The notes beneath the pieces were generated by a model. That model searched no databases, was not told the origin of the DNA, and was given only the letters and a program-made list of their open reading frames with translations. Of a DNA stretch of 64,000 nucleotides, positions 9,815 to 18,584 are shown one piece after another. Source of the stretch: a virus. How positions within the stretch are numbered: position 1 is the first letter of the stretch; every line of letters starts with the position of its first letter. Both the position numbers and the translations under genes were made by a program. The DNA lies in the IMG/VR virus record IMGVR_UViG_3300046171_000173, positions 15,594 through 79,593 of that record. One strand, 5' to 3'.

Positions 9815-10294
9815 TTAAGACTCTTTTGAATCAGATTTAAAGAGCTCTTCAAGAGATTCTCTTTTCTTCTCTACACTAGATATATAACCTAATTTGGGGT
9901 CTCCTGATAATTTAATTTTACCTTTTTTAGATCTTGATTCTATAACAGCATCATCTTCTTCGTCTTTCTCATCAATATATTGCTTATAAATTTTAATAAG
10001 TTTTTGATCATGACACTCGATCATTGTAATTACTTTATCCATTTTGAGAACAAACATATCTTCATCACTATGTTCCATCCAAGGAGTTACCTTAATATAG
10101 TTTAAGTGATTCATTTGACTTAGTGTCTTCATTTTAATAGGATTATGTAAAATCAAAATAGGCTCATCATCACTCTCGTCTACACAAACGAGAGCAAATA
10201 TCTCTTCTCCTGAGACTAGTTTGAGAATGCTGTAAAATTCGTCACCCATATTACTTAAATGAAATGTTGATGAGATCATAATTAAATTTCTCAT
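9815..10294 (-). CDS. Conserved T4-like hypothetical protein between uvsW and gp55 (probable start MGDEF)
   Basis: LKLVSGEEI...PW motif; conserved position. Confidence 0.7.
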   Translation of the reverse strand: MRNLIMISSTFHLSNMGDEFYSILKLVSGEEIFALVCVDESDDEPILILHNPIKMKTLSQMNHLNYIKVTPWMEHSDEDMFVLKMDKVITMIECHDQKLIKIYKQYIDEKDEEDDAVIESRSKKGKIKLSGDPKLGYISSVEKKRESLEELFKSDSKES

Positions 10295-11726
10295 AGTTAT
10301 AGATCTTTAGTCTTTCTATGAGATGATTGAGTGTGTAATTGCGTCTTGTCTTGTAAGTAGTGTCATCTGCAATATCATATAAAGTTGCTTTTGTTTTGTT
10401 ATTCCCTTTCCGAAGAACACGACCTATAGATTGTAGATTCCTAATTCTTGATTTAGAGGGAGAAGCGAAAATGATATTATGAAGGTTTTTAATGTTAATT
10501 CCTGTAGAGAAAGTTCCATATGATGCAACTATTATAGCATTGTTTTGAAGTTCAGTAATTTCCCGAACCTTCTCTCGATCCTCGGCATCCACACCACCAT
10601 GAACAAAAAAAGTTTGACGCTGTTCAAGTACATTACTATTTATGAGGTCAAATAAAACCCTTCCGTGACCTTCAACTCTTGAAAAGAGTATAAGTGTATT
10701 ACCTTTAAGATCAAGTGCAAGATTTCTTATAAAATTATTTCTTTTTTCACTATTAATTATAAACTGTATTTCATCTTCAAATGTTTCAAACTTTTGTGGT
10801 GGATGCTTAAGTAACAAAATGTTAATGTCAAGTTTTGCAACATGACCTTTGGTCATGAGGTCTTTCGTCCCTATAATCTTGTATGAGGGCCCGAATAAAC
10901 CCTCTAGAACCCACTTGTGAGTCTGCGTACCATCCAATGTGCCAGTAAATCCAAACCGATACTTTGCATGGTCAAGTTTTGTCATTATAGATATTAATGA
11001 CTTTGATTTAAATTGGTGCGCCTCATCCCCAACAACAACAGAGAATCGCTCAAAATACTTTCTGGGGAGTTTGTAGATTGATTGCCAAGTAGTAATAATG
11101 ACTTGAGAGTCTGTCTCTCTTTCTTTTCCTGCGTAAATTTTATGACAAAATGAACCTACATCCCAACCATAGTCTGCAAAATCTTTATACATCTGTTCTA
11201 CTAACGAAGTCGTCGGAACGACTATCAGAGTATTTTCACCTCGCTCAACATAATATCTCACAATCGAGTATATCATCAGAGACTTACCTGAAGCAGTTGG
11301 GGATATCAACAACTTTCTATTATGTCTTAAAGCGTCGTATACTCCCTCAATTTGATAATCACGGGGAGCATACTTACTAATTGATGTTATATAATCTTTG
11401 ACACCCTCATATGAGATGTGCTCATTGACTTCAAATGGTGTGCCATAATATTCGTTGTCTACAAATGAATAACTATATTCGTGATCTTTACAAAATTTCT
11501 GTATCTTATCTAAAAGTCCAACATATATCTGCCCATTATTTACATTAAAGAGTCGAATCTTTCCATCCCAGTATCTTTTGCGATACTGTGGCATAAACTT
11601 AGCCCCCGGTAGTTCAAATGTAAACTGGTCTGACAGTTCATAGAACACATGAGGATCTGAGTCTATCTGAAGATAAACTTCATTCTTCTTCAATATTGTC
11701 AAATGAGACATGACTATAGGAATCAC
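10251..11726 (-). CDS. uvsW: SF2 DNA/RNA helicase UvsW
   Basis: PTASGKS, DEAH, TGT, QSIGRVLR. Confidence 0.96.
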   Translation of the reverse strand: MIPIVMSHLTILKKNEVYLQIDSDPHVFYELSDQFTFELPGAKFMPQYRKRYWDGKIRLFNVNNGQIYVGLLDKIQKFCKDHEYSYSFVDNEYYGTPFEVNEHISYEGVKDYITSISKYAPRDYQIEGVYDALRHNRKLLISPTASGKSLMIYSIVRYYVERGENTLIVVPTTSLVEQMYKDFADYGWDVGSFCHKIYAGKERETDSQVIITTWQSIYKLPRKYFERFSVVVGDEAHQFKSKSLISIMTKLDHAKYRFGFTGTLDGTQTHKWVLEGLFGPSYKIIGTKDLMTKGHVAKLDINILLLKHPPQKFETFEDEIQFIINSEKRNNFIRNLALDLKGNTLILFSRVEGHGRVLFDLINSNVLEQRQTFFVHGGVDAEDREKVREITELQNNAIIVASYGTFSTGINIKNLHNIIFASPSKSRIRNLQSIGRVLRKGNNKTKATLYDIADDTTYKTRRNYTLNHLIERLKIYNYEKFNYDLINISFK

Positions 11727-11739
11727 CTATAGTTATTTA

Positions 11740-12210
11740 TTACTCCTTTCTCTGAGTGAAATTGATACCTTCCATATGATCAAACTCATGTAAAAAGACT
11801 CTTGCAGGAAATCCATCTAATTTTACTTTATGATCAACTTTATTTTCATCTTCATACTTTACAACAATTTTTTCTGGCCTTAAAATATTAAAAGATTCGT
11901 CAGGAAAAGATAAACATCCCTCTTCACACCAAACCTTTTTATCATATGTCTTGACGATTCTTGGGTTAAAACATGTGATTGTTTCTTCTGTTTCCATATC
12001 GATCATCATTATAAACACTCTTTCATTGATACCAATCTGATTCGCGGACAAACCAACCCCTTCATGATGAATCATATTTTCACGAAGTATTTTACTCATC
12101 TCCACACGATCTAAGTCGTAACTACATTTTGTTACCTTTTCATGTAGTATCGGATGAGTATTGGGTGTTAGTTGTAATATCATTAGAATCCTGATTGAAA
12201 TCTCTGCCAC
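11740..12210 (-). CDS. def: Peptide deformylase (auxiliary gene)
   Basis: GVGLSANQIG, EGCLS, HEFDH. Confidence 0.95.
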   Translation of the reverse strand: MAEISIRILMILQLTPNTHPILHEKVTKCSYDLDRVEMSKILRENMIHHEGVGLSANQIGINERVFIMMIDMETEETITCFNPRIVKTYDKKVWCEEGCLSFPDESFNILRPEKIVVKYEDENKVDHKVKLDGFPARVFLHEFDHMEGINFTQRKE

Positions 12211-12611
12211 TCGATGGCATTTTTGATCTGATATGTGCGACCTGATATATTTCTGATTATCTCCTCAAGAAATTTGAGTGTGACATCATAATACCTTATC
12301 TTCATATCAACCTGACTCATTTTCTCATCTGCATCCAAATATCTTTGAATTGCATCTTTTTCTCTAACCTTAAAACTAAAAGGTTCTTCAACATAAACCT
12401 CTGCAGGTGCTTTGCCAGTATAGTAATTATGCCTATCAAGTTTGACTTTACTATATTGTTCTCTTGCTTTTTCACGCAGTAGTGTAATTGTATTGTAGAT
12501 TGTATAATACTTTGCGTGTAATTGAGGTATTTTTAATGACTCATCATGTAGGTTATCAGGGTCAATGACAGCATCACGCTCCCACATTTCCTGAATTTTG
12601 TCAAGGTTCAT
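12183..12611 (-). CDS. uvsY: Recombination mediator UvsY
   Basis: IPQLHAKY...RTYQIKNAIEWQRF. Confidence 0.92.
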   Translation of the reverse strand: MNLDKIQEMWERDAVIDPDNLHDESLKIPQLHAKYYTIYNTITLLREKAREQYSKVKLDRHNYYTGKAPAEVYVEEPFSFKVREKDAIQRYLDADEKMSQVDMKIRYYDVTLKFLEEIIRNISGRTYQIKNAIEWQRFQSGF

Positions 12612-13165
12612 AAAAGATTGCCAGATGTATCAACTATATTATACACAGTATAGCGGAAAGATGCACTTGCTGTAAAGTAGTTGATATCTGTTTCTGTTGC
12701 ATCGAAGTTTAAAGAGGTAATTGATACTGGAAATAAGTTCTTAAATTTAACAATTGCCACATCACGAAGGTTACTGCTCAAGATATGAAGTCCACCATCA
12801 CAAAACTGCTCCTCTAGGTCACGAATACCATCTGTATCGGTTGTCTTTTTAATAAACTGTTGTGGTGTTTCGGGAAATCCAAGTCCTGTCAACCAATTAT
12901 GTACTGACATGTAGTTCTCCATGTTCTCATCAACAAGAAAACGAATGTCCAAATCACCATAAGTTAGTTTCTCACCGGGAACATCTATATTCTTTAAGTA
13001 AGATGGTTGTTGATATGTTCCTAAGTTTATCTCTGGTATTGATGCAGAGTTGCAGAAGAAATCAATCTTTGGAAATTTTGCAAGAGAAAACTTGAACCCA
13101 ACTGGTGAGAGAAAATTACGATTACCAATTTGTCCGGCAAGTGCACCGCGAGATGATGAAGTCAT
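12608..13165 (-). CDS. gp3: Tail completion / sheath stabilizer gp3
   Basis: NFLSPVGFKF, FLVDENMENY...NW. Confidence 0.88.
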   Translation of the reverse strand: MTSSSRGALAGQIGNRNFLSPVGFKFSLAKFPKIDFFCNSASIPEINLGTYQQPSYLKNIDVPGEKLTYGDLDIRFLVDENMENYMSVHNWLTGLGFPETPQQFIKKTTDTDGIRDLEEQFCDGGLHILSSNLRDVAIVKFKNLFPVSITSLNFDATETDINYFTASASFRYTVYNIVDTSGNLL

Positions 13166-13479
13166 TTTTTAGTTTTCTTTTTCATTGAATTAATAAATTT
13201 GCGATAAATTGCTGCTTCTGCAGTTTTACCCATCACCCGTGCTCTCTGCTCCATTGCGATGGCTGCCTGAATCTTGTGAGCATGGCCTCGATTTGATTTT
13301 CTAATTTTCGCAACACTGGATCTTGCTGTTGATTCATCTTTGAATCCAAGTCCATGAATTGTTCCTTTTGGATCTTCATCTGTATATAAGTCTGAATGTT
13401 TTTTAGATTTTGCTGGTTGTCCCTTCTTTCTTGGGATTCTTGGATTAGAAGACTCTAAAAACTGTTGAAGTGTTTTCAT
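13162..13479 (-). CDS. Basic hypothetical protein with capsid-targeting-like N-terminus
   Basis: Starts MKTLQQFLE; Lys/Arg-rich. Confidence 0.7.
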   Translation of the reverse strand: MKTLQQFLESSNPRIPRKKGQPAKSKKHSDLYTDEDPKGTIHGLGFKDESTARSSVAKIRKSNRGHAHKIQAAIAMEQRARVMGKTAEAAIYRKFINSMKKKTKK

Positions 13480-13775
13480 TCACCTCCACCTCCTCCATTG
13501 CCTCCACCACCATTACCACCACCGTTTCCACCACCATTTCCACCGTTTCCGTTACCGCCATTGCCACCATTGCCATTTCCGTTACCATTACCATTTCCGT
13601 TACCATTACCACTATCTGAGCGATTATCTCCACCACGATAATACCTCCCACCAAAACTAGGATAATACTTATATCGTTTTGTTGGAACGCAACTCTTTAG
13701 TTTTGAATCGAATCTGTATCCTTTAGGGCACTTTGCTGATTGTGCCTCATCCAGAAACTGGTCTAGATTTTTCAT
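13476..13775 (-). CDS. Gly/Asn-repeat protein with capsid-targeting-like N-terminus
   Basis: MKNLDQFLDE, CPKGY...CVP, then (GN)n/GGN tail. Confidence 0.7.
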   Translation of the reverse strand: MKNLDQFLDEAQSAKCPKGYRFDSKLKSCVPTKRYKYYPSFGGRYYRGGDNRSDSGNGNGNGNGNGNGNGGNGGNGNGGNGGGNGGGNGGGGNGGGGGE

Positions 13776-13933
13776 TAGTCATTAAGAATCATGTAGTACC
13801 ATTCTTCACTCATACCACCAATAATGGTATCGGCATCAGTTTTATTTACAGCATAGTTTTCTGTAACAAGGTAGTCTACAATCTTTTCGTAAGCTTTATG
13901 TGCTTCTTTTAATTCTCTAGGTGATGGTTTCAT
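13775..13933 (-). CDS. Small hypothetical protein (52 aa, MKPSPRELKEA...MSEEWYYMILND)
   Basis: Read manually; TAATG overlap with the next gene; CTAAATA late-like box at ~13952. Confidence 0.65.
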   Translation of the reverse strand: MKPSPRELKEAHKAYEKIVDYLVTENYAVNKTDADTIIGGMSEEWYYMILND

Positions 13934-13958
13934 GGCACTATTAGTTTTAAGTATTTAG

Positions 13959-14143
13959 TTATTCAGTAACGACAGTAAATCCTTCCCAACCACCGTTCTT
14001 CCCATCTGTGTTTGTAGTTAGATATGTTGGATTATTTGTGTACTGTTTTCTTTCACTGTATGTGTCAGACCATCTTTTTCACCCATGTAGTAAACATCTA
14101 CAGATGAATTAAGTTGACTTGGTTTCTTGATGTGATAAGGCAT
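13959..14143 (-). CDS. Small hypothetical protein (MPYHIKKP...GKNGGWEGFTVVTE), one frameshift
   Basis: Read manually; the 185 nt span implies a 1 nt deletion near 14080. Confidence 0.55.
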
Positions 14144-14258
14144 CGTTCTTCAATTGATTTTTAACTTTTTTTGCGTACATAATCTCCCCTTTCGAGTATA
14201 AAAATGGATTCTTTTTTGCTCGTTTAAGGATTAATTTGGTTGCTTTTCTATCATTCAT
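14109..14258 (-). CDS. Small basic hypothetical protein (49 aa, MNDRKATKLILKRAKKNP...)
   Basis: Read manually; TATAAATA late promoter at 14264-14271 just upstream. Confidence 0.6.
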   Translation of the reverse strand: MNDRKATKLILKRAKKNPFLYSKGEIMYAKKVKNQLKNDALSHQETKST

Positions 14259-14278
14259 ATAGGTATTTATACGAAGAC

Positions 14279-14303
14279 AAAAAAAGAGGAGGTCTCCCTC
14301 CCT
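14279..14303 (-). terminator. Rho-independent terminator
   Basis: GGAGG-GAGA-CCTCC hairpin followed by a U-run on the minus strand. Confidence 0.85.
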
Positions 14304-14323
14304 TCTCTTAAACCTTTAGTGCA

Positions 14324-14470
14324 TTATGCAAATACCTCTCTACAAATGCGTTTACATGTATTTTGATTATCATCACACTCGATCAAACACTCGTAGTATT
14401 CCTCGACTAAATCGTTCCTAGATTCATATTTGGAGCTAGACAACTGATTGTATGAAATTAAATTGTGCAT
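14324..14470 (-). CDS. Cys-rich microprotein (MHNLISYNQL...YYECLIECDDNQNTCKRICREVFA); alternative in-frame start at 14503
   Basis: Read manually; Cx3C-x6-Cx3C; GAGG/AGGT upstream of the ATG; followed by a terminator. Confidence 0.75.
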   Translation of the reverse strand: MHNLISYNQLSSSKYESRNDLVEEYYECLIECDDNQNTCKRICREVFA

Positions 14471-14569
14471 TACCTGACCTCTGATGACTACTTTCCTACC
14501 CATAACAAAAGGGGTTTTTAGTGCATTGTTCTCTCCGCAATGACAAAATTATTTATGCAAATTAGGTCT

Positions 14570-14583
14570 GTATTCACTGATAC
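14570..14583. promoter_or_regulatory. NtcA-type binding site GTA-N8-TAC
   Basis: GTATTCACTGATAC in the intergenic region upstream of the Cys-rich ORF. Confidence 0.55.
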
Positions 14584-14617
14584 TTAGTAACAAAAATTTA
14601 TGCCTACGAGTTTATAC

Positions 14618-14977
14618 CTACTGATTCTTTTGAAGTCTCTCTACAACAGTTGATGCTTGCATTGGTGCGACATCATTTAGTCCATTTGCATCAAACCAAG
14701 GTGCATCTTCCCAACTAAATCCTTCTCCAAATGTATTATCAGGTGCGACAACATACCAATGACACTTTGCATCTGGTATATCTACAGCACAAACTGCCCA
14801 ATCATCTGCCCACTGGGGCACTTGCACATACATCACTGGTAAATGATTTGCATGTGCCGGTGAAGCCGCAAATGTGATTATGAATAAAACTAGACTTATG
14901 AAAATTCTAGGAATATACCTTACCGATATAGGACGCTTGTATGCCTCCATAACATCGTGGTAATTCAGGTGATTCAC
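14618..14977 (-). CDS. Hypothetical secreted/membrane protein of cyanobacterial type
   Basis: Hydrophobic segment ending in AHA (signal peptidase-like); VPQWADDWAVC and PDNTFGEGF motifs. Confidence 0.7.
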   Translation of the reverse strand: MNHLNYHDVMEAYKRPISVRYIPRIFISLVLFIITFAASPAHANHLPVMYVQVPQWADDWAVCAVDIPDAKCHWYVVAPDNTFGEGFSWEDAPWFDANGLNDVAPMQASTVVERLQKNQ

Positions 14978-15162
14978 TTTTTCTCTCCTTTTCTAGGGTT
15001 ATTTAGATTCCAAGTATTAATATTAAAAACATCTAGATATACCCATTTAGCATAATGAACACCTCTATAACACAGGAGAGCAAAGACCCTCTCTGGATTA
15101 TGGATATCTTCATCATATTCTGGAACTTCTGGTCGTTCCCAATTTACATTGATGTGTAACAT
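14974..15162 (-). CDS. Small protein with DUF4278-like LxYRGxxY motif
   Basis: LLCYRGVHY; strong AGGAGG RBS. Confidence 0.65.
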   Translation of the reverse strand: MLHINVNWERPEVPEYDEDIHNPERVFALLCYRGVHYAKWVYLDVFNINTWNLNNPRKGEKK

Positions 15163-15171
15163 TTGTCTTTA

Positions 15172-15203
15172 CCTCCTGTAACAATTATTTATTGTTAGGA
15201 GAT
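15172..15203 (-). promoter_or_regulatory. RBS-sequestering hairpin with a late promoter in its loop
   Basis: Minus strand ATCTCC-TAACAAT-AAATA-ATTGTTA-CA-GGAGGT. Confidence 0.65.
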
Positions 15204-15211
15204 CTTGACAT

Positions 15212-15239
15212 AAAAAAAAGACCCCCGAAGGAGTCTTTT
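15212..15239 (-). terminator. Rho-independent terminator after gp23 (cUUCGg tetraloop)
   Basis: AAAAGACTCC-TTCG-GGGGTCTTTTTTTT on the minus strand. Confidence 0.92.
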
Positions 15240-15260
15240 GAAGAAATATAAGCGTCTTGC

Positions 15261-16688
15261 TTACATTAGGTTTTGAACTTTAACTCTTCTGTAGTAACGG
15301 TTAGCGTTAACAGAAAGTCTACCAAGACCTTGAGTTGTTCCTTCAGCAAATGGGTTAGCAACCATACCATATCTGGTTTTGAAACCAATTTTTGGTTGGA
15401 ATGTATCCTGACCAACTGCTCTAACCATCTGAAGTGGTACATATGGGCAGTAGAATAGTCCTGCATCGTAAGGTGAAGAACCTTTGTATCCTACAACATA
15501 GTACTGATCAGCAGCTAAGTTTGCAGCAAATGGGTCAATGTACACTCTGTACTTACCTTGAAGTATACCAGCAAATGTATTGCCTGTATCATCAACATTA
15601 AGGTTAGCATTAAGTGCTGGAGTGTAATCTAGAACTCCTGCCATTGTGAGTGCAGATGCAACATCAGCAGAGCAGAGGATCATGTTACCCTTTCCACGAC
15701 GAGTTCTTTGTGCTATAGCGTTAGCATCTCTCTCGATTTGGAAGATAAGTCCTTTGAACTTCTCAACTGACCAACGACCGTTGCTATCAGTATCTAAGTC
15801 GAACGCACCGGCAGTTGCCACATTAGTCTGTGCTCCAGACTCAGCAACCTTATAGATTGTTCTAATAACTTCTCTGTTGATTTCAGCAAGTATCTCTGTT
15901 GAAAGGATATTTGCTAGTTCTGCTTCAGCATTCAATCCATGAATTGCCTTAAGATCTTGAGCAAGTTCTAAACTGTACTCTGCCTTTAGTGCTCTGGATT
16001 TCGCTGTAACGGTGACTTTCTCGATTGAGAATGCCATCTCGTTGAACAGTTGACCTGATTCACCTAGTGCTTCAGCGTCTTCTGTATCCATACCACGACC
16101 AACTGGGTATGTTGCTGCACCTTGACCACTTTCAGGGTTTAAGGCAGCAGGGTTTGATGCTTGTACACCACCTGTTGTACCGAAACCAACTGTTGCGCCA
16201 GTTGTAGCACCTTCATTCTGTGTGTAACCAGCAGATATATCTGCGCCACCGTCAGGATGCTGAGATGAGAACGCTGTGTCTGGTTCGTTGAATAGTGCTT
16301 CAGCTCCACTTTGGTTAGTGAATCTGGATCTCATTGCGAAAATAAGTCCTGTTGGGCCGCTCATTGGTTGTACACCAGCTAGGTCATATGCGACCAAGTT
16401 TGGCATAGAACGACGGATAAGACTTATGAGTACTGGGTCGAAACCAGCAACTGGGCCGGCAGCTGTTGCGCCAGCAGAGAAACCAGCAGTTGCACCAGAT
16501 GAACCGGTTGTTACTGTAGGTTGCTCAGATAAGAATTCACGCTCTTCGCGTTGTGTTTGCTCTTGGTTCTCTAAAAGAACTGCTGTGACCATTCTTCTAT
16601 GGTTGTCTTTGATTGGATCTAGTCCATCATAGTCTAGAAGCGGGGCCCACTTTTCTACAAGAGCTTCCTGATTAATAGGGGCTTGCAT
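15261..16688 (-). CDS. gp23: Major capsid protein
   Basis: EKWAPLL, GVQPMSGPTGLIFAMR, ELAQDLKAIHGL, FQPKIGFKTRYG. Confidence 0.99.
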   Translation of the reverse strand: MQAPINQEALVEKWAPLLDYDGLDPIKDNHRRMVTAVLLENQEQTQREEREFLSEQPTVTTGSSGATAGFSAGATAAGPVAGFDPVLISLIRRSMPNLVAYDLAGVQPMSGPTGLIFAMRSRFTNQSGAEALFNEPDTAFSSQHPDGGADISAGYTQNEGATTGATVGFGTTGGVQASNPAALNPESGQGAATYPVGRGMDTEDAEALGESGQLFNEMAFSIEKVTVTAKSRALKAEYSLELAQDLKAIHGLNAEAELANILSTEILAEINREVIRTIYKVAESGAQTNVATAGAFDLDTDSNGRWSVEKFKGLIFQIERDANAIAQRTRRGKGNMILCSADVASALTMAGVLDYTPALNANLNVDDTGNTFAGILQGKYRVYIDPFAANLAADQYYVVGYKGSSPYDAGLFYCPYVPLQMVRAVGQDTFQPKIGFKTRYGMVANPFAEGTTQGLGRLSVNANRYYRRVKVQNLM

Positions 16689-16735
16689 TTAAGAGTTACC
16701 TTTTTTTAAGTTTGTTTGAATGTATAATGTAAAAA

Positions 16736-17857
16736 TCACTTTTTAGACACACGGTTTAATGTCTGAAGATATGCTTCCATTGAACTGGATATATCCTGAT
16801 AGGTTGGAGTGTTTGTCTCTTCAGATAAATTCTCCGACTTGTCTCTTTGAGATCCAGCATTACTTGGGAAATAAGATTCCTTAAGTGTTACTAGTTTCTC
16901 ACGATAGTCTGACTCACTTTCAAACTCAACTTTTTCTACAAGGGTTGCAAGTTTTTCTTTCTGTGTTGATGCTAATCCTTCGGTTACTTCACCAAAGACT
17001 ACATCTGCAGATGACTCGGCTAATCTCCTGTTTAGAGCAACATTCTTTTCGATTTGCTCATTGAGTTTACCTTCCATTTCATCAAGTTTATCTACCATGC
17101 TTTCGATAACATCATATTTGTCTTCAGGTACGGATACATAATGTTCTTCAAAAAGACTCTTCATTCCAGTTAAGAATGAATCAGTCATTTCTGACTTGAG
17201 ACCGGATTCAACAGCAATTTGATTGTCTGCGATCCATTCGTCAGACACATACTCAAGGTATGCATCGACTCTTTCTTCAAGTTCAGATTTAATAGCAGCA
17301 ACTTCTTCAATGAGTTGCTCTTCATATTGAGCTTGAACGCTCTCTTTAACATCAGCAAGTTTAGACTTGATTGCTGCTTCAAAGATTGTTCTTGCCTTAT
17401 TTTGAAATTCTTCTGAAAGTTCTTCGCCTTCTAGAAGTGCATTAACATCTGCTTCGATGTCAATCTCTTCTTCAACGATTTCTTCTTCAGTTTCTTCAGT
17501 TGTTTCTTCTTCAGCAACGACTTCTTGAGTTTCCTCAACTTCAGTTGTTTCTTCTTCAGAAACTACCTCATCAGTCTTTGCTTCATCTTCAGCGACAACT
17601 TCGCCTTCGGAAGATTCATCTTCTTCCTTCATGCCCGCTGGACTTGGATCTGCAGGTTTTGCACCTTTAGAGACAATATCCTTAACCTGTTTTAAGGTTG
17701 TTCCGGGTGTTTTCAACTTGTTAGAATCATCATCAGGTTTTGAATTTTCGGGAGTAGGGCCTCCTAAATCTTCAACCGATGCTTGATTCGGAGTTGATAG
17801 AGCAAGTTTTGGCATTGGATCTGCCGATTTTGCCCCTTTGGTTACTACATTTTCCAT
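16736..17857 (-). CDS. gp22: Prohead core scaffolding protein
   Basis: Glu-rich; LSEEFQNKARTIFEAA; YLEYVSDEW; lies between gp21 and gp23. Confidence 0.93.
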   Translation of the reverse strand: MENVVTKGAKSADPMPKLALSTPNQASVEDLGGPTPENSKPDDDSNKLKTPGTTLKQVKDIVSKGAKPADPSPAGMKEEDESSEGEVVAEDEAKTDEVVSEEETTEVEETQEVVAEEETTEETEEEIVEEEIDIEADVNALLEGEELSEEFQNKARTIFEAAIKSKLADVKESVQAQYEEQLIEEVAAIKSELEERVDAYLEYVSDEWIADNQIAVESGLKSEMTDSFLTGMKSLFEEHYVSVPEDKYDVIESMVDKLDEMEGKLNEQIEKNVALNRRLAESSADVVFGEVTEGLASTQKEKLATLVEKVEFESESDYREKLVTLKESYFPSNAGSQRDKSENLSEETNTPTYQDISSSMEAYLQTLNRVSKK

Positions 17858-17925
17858 TTCGTGTTAATTTTGACCAGCGGACATTTGAATATTAGATTTT
17901 AAATAATCTGTATTTATTTATAATG

Positions 17926-18580
17926 TTACAGATTTGCTAAGAAATCTTGGAATAATCCAAGTTTATGTTCATCTAAAACATTTTGATCAACTAAAGTGTT
18001 AATCTTATTTTTTGTTTGTGAAGCAAGTTGTTCACGAAGGATTCCTCCTTCCCAAACCCACTCTTTTCCTTCCATGATTCCAGATACAAAAGCATCAGGG
18101 TGCTGATGGATCAGCAACGATGTCAGCAGCAGTTGCTAACATGAAATCTTCACCAACAACTTTGCATCCAGATGCAGTGTCTTCTTTCAATGATCCGACA
18201 CCACGAGACGAGACACCGAGGGTGACTCCTTCACCAATAAGATTTGATGCAATCTTACCCATTGGTGTTGAAAGTATTTGTGCCTTACCAACAAAGTTTT
18301 TACCTTCTTGACGAAGTGATGTAATCTTATGAGATACTCGATCTAGATTAACTGTTGGGCCATCTGGATGTCCAAGTTCTCCAAGTGCTCTTCCTTTCTG
18401 AACAAAACTTTCGTTATAACGATTTACTTCTCTTGCAAGAGTATTTACAGGGTATAATCTACCGTTACGATTTTTGATATCTCCTTGTAAGAAAACACCT
18501 TCGATATACATTTTTTTATTACCGCCTTTTCCTTCAACGATAAATTTAACCTTTTGGACTTCTTCGGTAATTAGTTTCAT
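17926..18580 (-). CDS. gp21: Prohead protease (one frameshift near 18100)
   Basis: NRNGRLYP, GELGHP, GVSSRGVGS, DIVADPSAP/DAFV. Confidence 0.95.
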
Positions 18581-18584
18581 TTTC

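Noticed and set aside
13445-13654. Alternative-frame MVMVTE repeat ORF, or a CRISPR-like repeat
   Set aside because: It is the off-frame reading of the Gly/Asn codon repeat, with no spacer structure
14324-14470. CP12 assignment for the Cys-rich microprotein
   Set aside because: It lacks the CP12 AWD.VEEL core and the C-terminal C..P...EC..Y pattern
15163-15260. Glutamine riboswitch upstream of the DUF4278-like gene
   Set aside because: The leader is short and fully explained by the terminator and the RBS hairpin; no recognisable aptamer
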